Shown one piece after another: positions 17,776-24,000 of a stretch of 24,000 nucleotides of DNA (position 1 is the stretch's first letter; each line of letters opens with the position of its first letter). Source of the stretch: Tissierella sp. (GTDB lineage Bacteria; Bacillota; Clostridia; Tissierellales; Tissierellaceae); assembly GCF_032104385.1 (NCBI RefSeq), contig NZ_DAMCHJ010000012.1, positions 37,751 to 61,750 of the forward strand, written 5' to 3'. Position numbers and translations under genes: made by a program. The notes under the pieces were generated by a model. The model worked only from the letters and a program-made list of their open reading frames with translations. It was not told the origin of the DNA and ran no database searches.

Positions 17776-18703
17776 AGGCCCTGGTCCTTTTCTTGTATTG
17801 AAAATGTCTACTCCAGTCAAAGGCCACAAATTTTCCAAGGCCCAAGACTTTTTCTATGGTCTTTTCTACATAGTCAAGATACTTTCTATCATCCCTTCTT
17901 TTCTTATTGCTGCCTAGGCGATTTAAAGGAGTCATTAAAAAGAGTTCTTTCATTAAGTTAGGATTTCCATCTGTATAGTTTCTAGCAAGTACTAGAAAAG
18001 TAAAGTCATCCCTGCTATGGTCACCTGTTAGACTAGCTCCTGATATAAGCATATTTGCCTTTCTATTAGTTCTTTCCAGGGTGGTTAGTATTTCCTCTAG
18101 GGTTAAGTCATCAAGTCTAGAAAACTTGTTTAAAGGCTCATACTTGTATTCTCTAATTTGTTTTAGGGTAGATGCTTTCTCCTGTGTCCATTTCTTATAA
18201 AGTATTTTTAATTCTCCTTCTTTTTCTAAAAGCTTATTATTTCTGGGGAAGAAGGATCCATCTCCTATATTTCCTGTAAGAGCTATATATCTATTTTTCT
18301 TGTATATCTCAATTCCTCTACTTGATAAATTAATATTATCTGGAATAGTCCCTTGGACAAAAATATGGATTCCCTTGCCTGATTGGGATAACTCCATATA
18401 TGTCCCTGTAAAACTCTCTATAATTTCTTTTGCCATAGGAGTTAGCTTACCACCTTGAATTGCATGGTCTAGGTCTATACAGATAACACTATCTTCCTCA
18501 ACTAAAACAAAGCCTAGAAGTTTATTCTTAGTCTTAGCTTCATTGAAATCTATACATCGTTCTGGATGATTCCAATCATTAGCTTTTCCATCAATTAGAG
18601 AAAAGGGGAGCTTGGCTACTTTGCCATTTAACTCTTCCTTTCTCCAACCTACAAATCTTTTCAAATTTTTCATTTCTTCTGGTAGATATTTATATTTTTC
18701 CAT
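17762..18703 (-). CDS. Bifunctional DNA primase/polymerase (Prim-Pol, AEP superfamily) N-terminal domain protein
   Basis: FVGWR..KLPF.., catalytic ICIDLDH (DxD) and SGKGIHIF motifs. RBS AAGGAGGT. Confidence 0.75.
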   Translation of the reverse strand: MEKYKYLPEEMKNLKRFVGWRKEELNGKVAKLPFSLIDGKANDWNHPERCIDFNEAKTKNKLLGFVLVEEDSVICIDLDHAIQGGKLTPMAKEIIESFTGTYMELSQSGKGIHIFVQGTIPDNINLSSRGIEIYKKNRYIALTGNIGDGSFFPRNNKLLEKEGELKILYKKWTQEKASTLKQIREYKYEPLNKFSRLDDLTLEEILTTLERTNRKANMLISGASLTGDHSRDDFTFLVLARNYTDGNPNLMKELFLMTPLNRLGSNKKRRDDRKYLDYVEKTIEKVLGLGKFVAFDWSRHFQYKKRTRAYERV

Positions 18704-18798
18704 TCTTTTTACCTCCTTATGCTGGTCAGAATAGAACCCATATGGTAAAATGAATTTGGTAGAAACATTCCATACGGGGTGTGCCTTTGGCCTTTGTG

Positions 18799-19119
18799 CT
18801 AAAGGCTTTTTTCTTTTTTGATTTCATAGTAAATTTCTATTAAGAATCTTAAAATCTCCTGGTCTTCCTCTTCTAATCTTCCATATTTCTTTATAACTTT
18901 TGCCAATCTAAATATTTCTAGAGCAAATTTATCTTCAAGTCTATAATCTGCTTTAATGGACACAGGAGGAGATGTTAATGACCTTATAATATAATCTTGC
19001 TTAGTAAGACCACTTATTTCTACCTTCCTATCTAATAACTCAGCTTCTTCCTCTGTTGCCCTAAAAGAAATTATCTTATTTCTCTTTCTTTTAACTTGTT
19101 TTTTTATTTCCCTACTCAT
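18799..19119 (-). CDS. Ribbon-helix-helix (MobC N-terminal-like) DNA-binding protein
   Basis: IISFRATEEEAELLDRKVEISGLTKQDYIIRSL is an RHH pattern. The MSREIKK start (ATG 19119) overlaps the integrase stop (ATGAGTAG). Confidence 0.5.
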   Translation of the reverse strand: MSREIKKQVKRKRNKIISFRATEEEAELLDRKVEISGLTKQDYIIRSLTSPPVSIKADYRLEDKFALEIFRLAKVIKKYGRLEEEDQEILRFLIEIYYEIKKEKSL

Positions 19120-20218
19120 ATTCATCCTCCAATAATTTTTTCCATTCATCTTCTAAGCTTTCTTTTCTTAAATTAGATAAGGAAATGGCCATATCATTTT
19201 GCTTGCTTGGGAATAAGTGAGCATACCTATAGGTTATATCTATAGATTCATGGCCTAGTCTATCTGCTATGGCTATTGCTGAATAACCTAATTCAATTAA
19301 CAAAGATACATGGGAATGTCTTAGATCATGTACTCTAATTCTCTTAACTCCAGCTTTTGTACTTCCCCTAGTCATTTCATGATGTAGATAGGACTTGGTA
19401 ATTGGAAATAATAATTGATCCCTCTTTAGCTTGTATATTCCAGCCATATATTTATCCATTTCTTCTGCCAAAAAGTCTGGCATAACAACTGTCCTGATAC
19501 TTTTCTTAGTCTTAGGTTCAGTTATAATATTTTCTCCACCTATTCTTTGTAGAGATTGATTTACTCTAATAGTATTGTTAGTAAAATCAAATTTCTCCTT
19601 TGTTAAAGCTAGTAATTCCCCTGTTCTTAATCCACACCAATATAAAATTTGAAAAGAATGGAAGGATAAGGGTTTATCCTTAACTTCTTCTATAAATTTG
19701 TCATACTCTTTTTTAGTCCAAAACTTCATTTCAGAAGCTTCCTTTTCTCCAATAGATCCAACATCCCTCGCTACATTGGATTTTAGATTATAATATTTAC
19801 AAGCATGATTTAGGATACTACTTAATTGTGCATGTATTGTTCTTAGATAGGTTTGAGAATATTTTTGGCCCTTACTATTCTCTTCTTTCATTAATTCATT
19901 CTGCCATTTTACTATTGCTGTTTTAGATATTTCATTAACTTTAAGACCTCCTATATAGGGAATAACCTTTGTGATTATTATTTGCTCTTTGGTATTCCAA
20001 GTGTTTTCCCTTAATCTAGGCCTCATATCTTTTTCGTATACTTGAAAAAAATCCTTAAATGTCATATCAAGATTTCCAGATTGTTCTCTTAAGAAATCTT
20101 CCTCCCATTTTAAAGCTTCTTTTTTTTGTTTTGAATCCTCTCTTCTTTTTGTTAATTTTCTCACCACGCCAATTGCTATAGGTAAATTTGGCAAACCATG
20201 TGCCATTTCCACTTTCAT
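19112..20218 (-). CDS. int: Tyrosine-type site-specific integrase
   Basis: C-terminal catalytic signature: GLRTGELLAL (Arg), HDLRHSHVSLL (His-x-x-Arg) and GHESIDITYRYAHL (His and the Tyr nucleophile). N-terminal SAM-like core-binding domain. Confidence 0.9.
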   Translation of the reverse strand: MKVEMAHGLPNLPIAIGVVRKLTKRREDSKQKKEALKWEEDFLREQSGNLDMTFKDFFQVYEKDMRPRLRENTWNTKEQIIITKVIPYIGGLKVNEISKTAIVKWQNELMKEENSKGQKYSQTYLRTIHAQLSSILNHACKYYNLKSNVARDVGSIGEKEASEMKFWTKKEYDKFIEEVKDKPLSFHSFQILYWCGLRTGELLALTKEKFDFTNNTIRVNQSLQRIGGENIITEPKTKKSIRTVVMPDFLAEEMDKYMAGIYKLKRDQLLFPITKSYLHHEMTRGSTKAGVKRIRVHDLRHSHVSLLIELGYSAIAIADRLGHESIDITYRYAHLFPSKQNDMAISLSNLRKESLEDEWKKLLEDEYE

Positions 20219-20236
20219 CTCTATAGGCTCCCACTC

Positions 20237-20425
20237 CTAGGCCTCCTTTCTTACTTGATAACAGTACTTGTCCAAGAAATATTGTCTATTGATTTTTCCC
20301 CTTTGAACCCTGTAGCCTAGTTCAACTAGTTCTTGATTCATTTCATTAATTACTTGATAGGCTGTAGTTCTACTAACTTCTAAAAAATCCTGTACTTCCT
20401 TTGCATTCATAAAAATCTTTTCCAT
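20237..20425 (-). CDS. Excisionase-like / MerR-type small HTH DNA-binding protein
   Basis: MNAKEVQDFLEVSRTTAYQVINEM is an HTH_17-type motif. The gene lies directly upstream of int. Start at MEKIF is preceded by AAGGGGGAG. Confidence 0.6.
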   Translation of the reverse strand: MEKIFMNAKEVQDFLEVSRTTAYQVINEMNQELVELGYRVQRGKINRQYFLDKYCYQVRKEA

Positions 20426-20476
20426 ACTTATCTCCCCCTTGGAATTCAACAACACACTTTCGTGCTATTAGGTTAT

Positions 20477-20505
20477 ATAATATCAGCACATTTCCGTGTT
20501 GTCAA
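20477..20505 (-). promoter_or_regulatory. Sigma-A-type promoter for the xis-int-replication operon
   Basis: On the minus strand, TTGACA (20505-20500), a 17-nt spacer, then TATTAT (20482-20477), about 50 nt upstream of the excisionase-like start. It is flanked and overlapped by two CAC-N6-GTG 12-mers (20453-20464 and 20487-20498, 10/12 identical). Confidence 0.5.
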
Positions 20506-20580
20506 GATTGATTTTAAATTATTTTTATTTATCTTTCCTATTACAAGGGATTTCATTGAATTTATAATCGTTCACTTCTG

Positions 20581-20609
20581 TTGCTATTAATGATATCTTG
20601 TGATAAAAT
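20581..20609 (+). promoter_or_regulatory. Sigma-A-type promoter for the XRE repressor gene
   Basis: TTGCTA, a 17-nt spacer ending in TGa (extended -10), then TAAAAT. It lies 30 nt upstream of the ATG at 20640. Confidence 0.4.
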
Positions 20610-20639
20610 AAATTATAATACTAGCGAAAGGGGTTTCCA

Positions 20640-21068
20640 ATGATTTCAGGTGAAAAGCTAAAAAAGTTAAGATTACTTAGAGAATTGACACAGAAAGAAT
20701 TAGCAATAAAATCAGGGCTTACAGATTCTGCTATAAGAAATTATGAATTAGGTTATAGATCTCCCAATAAAGAGCAATTAATAAAGATAGCAGAGGCTTT
20801 AGCTTGTGATGTTTCTTCCTTAATTGACCATACTCCCATTTCTAATTTTGAATTTATGCAAATTCTATTTGATTATGAAGAAGATTTAAAAATAAGACCA
20901 CTAGTAGAAGGTTCTACAATAGGGCTGCTTTCACACGATATGAATTTAAATGATTTTCTAGTAGAATGGGATGAAATGAGAAAAAAACACTATAACGGTG
21001 AAATTACAGATGAAGAGTTTGAGGATTGGAAGTTGTCATATCCTAAGAAGTCTAGATTTAACAAATAA
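20640..21068 (+). CDS. XRE/cI-type HTH repressor (island master-repressor candidate)
   Basis: N-terminal LKKLRLLRELTQKELAIKSGLTDSAIRNYELG HTH_3 motif plus a C-terminal extension. Divergent from the xis-int operon. RBS GAAAGGGG. Confidence 0.8.
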   Translation: MISGEKLKKLRLLRELTQKELAIKSGLTDSAIRNYELGYRSPNKEQLIKIAEALACDVSSLIDHTPISNFEFMQILFDYEEDLKIRPLVEGSTIGLLSHDMNLNDFLVEWDEMRKKHYNGEITDEEFEDWKLSYPKKSRFNK

Positions 21069-21100
21069 TTCTTATATTATAAATCTATAGCTTGATTTTT

Positions 21101-21123
21101 AACCTATCGATTTCGATAGGGTT
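21101..21123. repeat. Near-perfect palindrome with TCGATTTCGA core (copy 1)
   Basis: aacctatcga-tt-tcgatagggtt. Confidence 0.7.
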
Positions 21124-21180
21124 AATATATATATAATAAACCGTGTTGGATTGGACACGGTTAAATATGATTTAATTCTA

Positions 21181-21202
21181 AACTGGTCGATTTCGAACAG
21201 TT
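21181..21202. repeat. 22-bp palindrome with TCGATTTCGA core (copy 2)
   Basis: aactggtcgatttcgaacagtt, with 10 of 11 arm positions paired. The core lies exactly 80 bp from the copy-1 core. Confidence 0.7.
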
Positions 21203-21260
21203 ATAATACAAATCATTTAACAATTACCTGCTATTAAGTAGAGAATTTAATATTAGCTGT

Positions 21261-21305
21261 ATCAAAAAAGCCACCATAGAATCTTCTTCAGATCTTTATG
21301 GTGGC
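21261..21305 (-). terminator. Rho-independent terminator (paralogue of the one at 22775-22814)
   Basis: Stem gccaccata/tatggtggc, followed on the minus strand by TTTTTTGAT. It lies downstream of the 21406-21693 gene. Confidence 0.6.
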
Positions 21306-21405
21306 TCTATTTGCAGTTCCCTAGAATTGAGCCTATCCATATTATTAAAGTCTTCTAAGGAAATATCCATAATGTTTCAATTATTATAAATTCCTCCCTA
21401 TTGAC

Positions 21406-21693
21406 TCAAATAGAGCGTATCCACTCATCGTTAAAAATATCTCGGAATTCTTCCATTACATCTTCAAATCGTGTTAACCCTTCCACTTTCAATTTTTTTG
21501 AGAAAGCTATTGAGTTGTCTTGTGCCAGTGCAGACCAAAAATACTGTACCATTTTCTCTGCAGTAAGACGACTCATTCTCCCAATAGTTAAATTTACTCC
21601 ACTCTTAACATTAGCTGGTACCGTTTCTGATGATAAAATAGGATCAAATATCCTCTCATGTAAAAATCTCATTAATTCCTCTTCTTTAGTCAT
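21406..21693 (-). CDS. Hypothetical protein (95 aa)
   Basis: Strong RBS AGGAGGTGA. Tightly packed behind the upstream gene. The overlapping + strand ORF 21401-21721 has no RBS. Confidence 0.6.
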   Translation of the reverse strand: MTKEEELMRFLHERIFDPILSSETVPANVKSGVNLTIGRMSRLTAEKMVQYFWSALAQDNSIAFSKKLKVEGLTRFEDVMEEFRDIFNDEWIRSI

Positions 21694-21706
21694 AATATTT
21701 CACCTC

Positions 21707-22006
21707 CTATACCCAACTTAAAGATTTTGGCGTTATTGGTGAAATGCCTTTTGCAATTCTTAAATGCTCAATCCATGTTTTACAGCCTACCATATCTGCC
21801 CTGTCCAAATAGTAACCAACATTTGGCCTTGAGCTAATTGATTTCCTATGACTTCTTAAAACACGAATAGCCTCTCTTATTTGATTTTTTGTAGCTCCCA
21901 TTGGTACTATAATTTCTACAATATCATGAAACTTGATTGCATTGACTCTTCCTAAATGATTATTCATCACTTCAGCAACATATAAGTTTACATCTCTTTG
22001 TTTCAT
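21707..22006 (-). CDS. Hypothetical protein (99 aa), possible winged-helix DNA-binding
   Basis: RBS GAGGAGG. NQIREAIRVLRSHRKSISSRPNVGYYL resembles HTH_11/wHTH recognition helix-wing patterns. Confidence 0.5.
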   Translation of the reverse strand: MKQRDVNLYVAEVMNNHLGRVNAIKFHDIVEIIVPMGATKNQIREAIRVLRSHRKSISSRPNVGYYLDRADMVGCKTWIEHLRIAKGISPITPKSLSWV

Positions 22007-22077
22007 CTTCTAAACCTCCTCAATTTTTTATTTTAATCTTCCATATATTCTAATCAATCACAGTTAATGATTATACT

Positions 22078-22479
22078 TTAAAAAGATAATTTTGCTTCGG
22101 GAGTATATTCATTTCCTACAATATCAAGAGGAATACGATCAAGCCAATCTGCTCCCCATTTATCTCGTGTTTCCTCAACAACAAGTTTTCCTGTCTCCGT
22201 TAATACTCTTGCTTGTCGATCTGACGAGGCTGCCAATGATGGCTTATTTCCCGAATAATAACCTGCTGTTGAACTAGGACTTTTCCCGTATTTTCTTGCA
22301 AATTTAGATATTTCCTCTGGTGTAACAGTCCCTCCTTGTCTATAAATCTCTTCAAGTATGGCGATTTTTCTTACCTCACCAATAGTTGTGGTAATACTTG
22401 CATTTTTAGATTCTAGTCGATTAATAAGTGCTGATACCTTTGCCTCAATCTCTTTTAATTCACTTAAAATTGTTTTCAT
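22078..22479 (-). CDS. Hypothetical protein (133 aa), N-terminal coiled coil plus possible wHTH
   Basis: Start at MKTILSEL (ATG 22479) is preceded by AAAGGAG. The ORF-track extension to 22521 lacks an RBS. Confidence 0.55.
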   Translation of the reverse strand: MKTILSELKEIEAKVSALINRLESKNASITTTIGEVRKIAILEEIYRQGGTVTPEEISKFARKYGKSPSSTAGYYSGNKPSLAASSDRQARVLTETGKLVVEETRDKWGADWLDRIPLDIVGNEYTPEAKLSF

Positions 22480-22774
22480 ATTTCTATCTCCTTTCAAATC
22501 AAAGTCCATTACATAATTCATTCCTTGATATTGTTCATGATATCAAAAATATAAGTTTCTGTCAATCATTATATTTTTCATTGAATGATTCTTTTAATGG
22601 TTCTGTTCTATATTTCAATAATACTTAATGACCTATAACTCAATTCATCTTGTATTTTATTCCTTGGCTTTTTATTTTTCTTATACTACATTTCCTAATT
22701 TTACAATCTTCTTGGATTTCATAAATTATCTAATAATTGCTTGCTGTTAAACAGAAAACAATAAACACACACAC

Positions 22775-22814
22775 CAAAAAACACCATAGATTCTTATTCA
22801 GATCTCTATGGTGT
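22775..22814 (-). terminator. Rho-independent terminator downstream of guaA (island-borne)
   Basis: 10-bp stem acaccataga/tctatggtgt, followed on the minus strand by TTTTTG. It lies 130 nt after the guaA stop. Confidence 0.6.
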
Positions 22815-22939
22815 TTCTATTTGTAAGCCAGTCGGCATTATTTATTAAGTTATTCTAAAAAACTTTTTTACCCAATTTCGTTCCAGTCAAGGATTTTTAA
22901 CCTCTACAAGTATTGGTTTTATCAGTTTTTCTTTTTATT

Positions 22940-22956
22940 TTTACCTACTCCCACTC
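22940..22956. repeat. guaA-proximal att core (17-bp direct repeat)
   Basis: tttacctactcccactc, identical to 9187-9203. It covers guaA codons E-W-E plus the TAG stop and 5 nt beyond. Confidence 0.75.
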
Positions 22957-23895
22957 AATTGTAGCCGGTGGTTTGTTTGTTATATCATATACCACTCTGT
23001 TTACCTGTGGTACTTCATCTGTAATTCTTGTAGAAATCTTCTCTAATAATTCTAATGGCATTGGATACCATTTAGCTTCCATTGCATCCTTAGTAGTTAT
23101 AGCTCTTAGTCCAATTAAATGTTTATAGGTTCTTTCACCATCTATAACTCCTACTGATTGAATATTAGGTAATACTGCAAAGTATTGCCAAATTTCCTTG
23201 TCTAAGCCTGCTTTTTTGATTTCATCTCTATAGATATAGTCTGCATCTCTAAGGATATCTAGTTTCTCCTTAGTTAATTCTCCTAAACATCTAACACCTA
23301 ACCCTGGTCCTGGGAAAGGCTGCCTACTTACTAACTCTTCTGCAATTCCCAATCCCCTACCTACTTCCCTAACTTCATCTTTATAAAGTTCCTTAAGTGG
23401 TTCTATAAGCTCAAAGTTTACATCTTCTGGCAGTCCTCCAACATTATGATGAGATTTTACTGCTAACTTTCCTTCTTTATTCACAGATTCAACTATATCT
23501 GGGTAAATTGTCCCTTGGACTAAGAATTCAATACCTTCAAGTTTAGATTGCTCCTCTTCAAAGACTCTAATAAATTCTTCTCCAATTACTTTTCTCTTTT
23601 GTTCAGGATCAGTAACTCCCCTTAATTTTCCCAAGAACCTATCTTCAGCATCAACTACTATTAGATTCATATGGAATTTATCCCTAAATACTTTTTCTAC
23701 TTCTTGTCTTTCATTTTTTCTTAAAAGTCCATGGTCTACAAATACACAAACTAAATTATCTCCTATAGCCTTGTGAACTAATACTGCTGCTACGGAAGAA
23801 TCTACCCCACCAGATAAAGCGCATAGGGCCTTTTTATTTCCTACCTTATTTTTAATTTCTTCAATTTGTTTATTTATAAATTCTTCTACCTTCAA
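22945..23895 (-). CDS. guaA: GMP synthase, ATP-pyrophosphatase/dimerisation part only (GuaA subunit-B-like, no GATase domain)
   Basis: PP-loop SGGVDSS near the N-terminus and C-terminal KPPATIEWE, typical of GMP synthase. TTG start with AAAGGAGGT 8 nt upstream. Only 316 aa. Confidence 0.85.
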   Translation of the reverse strand: MKVEEFINKQIEEIKNKVGNKKALCALSGGVDSSVAAVLVHKAIGDNLVCVFVDHGLLRKNERQEVEKVFRDKFHMNLIVVDAEDRFLGKLRGVTDPEQKRKVIGEEFIRVFEEEQSKLEGIEFLVQGTIYPDIVESVNKEGKLAVKSHHNVGGLPEDVNFELIEPLKELYKDEVREVGRGLGIAEELVSRQPFPGPGLGVRCLGELTKEKLDILRDADYIYRDEIKKAGLDKEIWQYFAVLPNIQSVGVIDGERTYKHLIGLRAITTKDAMEAKWYPMPLELLEKISTRITDEVPQVNRVVYDITNKPPATIEWE

Positions 23896-23909
23896 TATAT
23901 TACCTCCTT

Positions 23910-24000
23910 TTATCTTCTGCTATAGTTTGGTGACTCCTTTGTAATATGAATATCGTGTGGATGATTTTCTACTAATGATGCCGATGTAATCTTTATAAAT
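23910..24000 (-). CDS. guaB: IMP dehydrogenase, 3' end (partial, runs off the window)
   Basis: The minus-strand frame reads ..[23 protein letters not shown]-stop, matching the conserved IMPDH C-terminus (..H.H...ITKEAPNY..). Confidence 0.7.
   Translation of the reverse strand, partial: FIKITSASLVENHPHDIHITKESPNYSRR

Larger units (their letters stand above)
9204..22939. mobile_element. Integrative island (PICI/IME-like) inserted in the 3' end of guaA
   Basis: Bounded by the 17-bp direct repeat. Carries a tyrosine integrase, an excisionase-like HTH, a divergent XRE repressor, a Prim-Pol + VirE replication module, a MobC-like gene and R-M cargo. Confidence 0.8.

Noticed and set aside
18787-18815. 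A hairpin (gccttt-gtgct-aaaggc) followed by a T-run on the + strand, overlapping the stop of the RHH gene.
   Set aside because: The T-run is on the strand with no upstream gene, and on the coding strand no U-tract follows. It is probably incidental or a weak structure.
21415-21427. A possible internal att remnant (ccactca), encoding E-W at the end of the 95-aa ORF and mirroring the guaA E-W-E end.
   Set aside because: Only 7 nt are shared with the att core. It is used only as weak supporting context for the tandem-accretion idea and is not listed as a feature.
1-24000. A scan for CRISPR arrays, tRNA/rRNA genes and transposase/IS elements.
   Set aside because: I saw no regularly spaced repeat-spacer arrays, no cloverleaf-like GC-rich segments and no transposase-like ORFs. 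The only recombinase is the tyrosine integrase.

Overview
Low-GC Firmicute (Clostridia-like) chromosome, almost all genes on the minus strand. There are three blocks.

(1) 1-8400, core metabolism: a BMP-family nucleoside-type ABC importer (lipoprotein, double ATPase, two permeases), a YjjI-family glycyl-radical enzyme with its YjjW radical-SAM activase, a Crp/Fnr regulator and a divergent DsrE-like protein.

(2) 8566-8959 is a frameshifted, 3'-truncated DUF218 pseudogene. It is followed by a ~13.7-kb integrative island (9204-22939) inserted into the 3' end of the GMP synthase gene. The island is bounded by a perfect 17-bp direct repeat (9187-9203 and 22940-22956) that duplicates the last three guaA codons plus the stop codon.
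- Backbone: an XRE repressor divergent from an operon of excisionase-like HTH, tyrosine integrase, RHH protein, Prim-Pol primase and VirE/D5-type helicase. Next come an iteron/inverted-repeat region (candidate ori/oriT) and an orphan MobC-like gene.
- Cargo: a small HTH (controller-like), then a fused PD-(D/E)xK nuclease + N6-adenine methyltransferase with an HsdS-like subunit. I read this pair as a BcgI-like type IIB R-M system rather than a type I system lacking HsdR.
- An extra single-TRD S cassette is separated from the main S gene only by a (TA)10 tract, which could fuse the two frames.
- The cargo operon ends in a translationally coupled pair of uncharacterised genes: a distant NdpA/YejK-like protein and a protein with C-terminal TM helices. 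This pair is the best candidate for an undescribed defence module.
- A three-gene module of small uncharacterised proteins near guaA is bracketed by a duplicated terminator-containing segment, suggesting tandem accretion.

(3) 22945-24000: a stand-alone GMP synthase ATP-pyrophosphatase subunit (no GATase domain) and the 3' end of guaB.

All homology calls are from reading the translated ORFs by eye; no searches were run.
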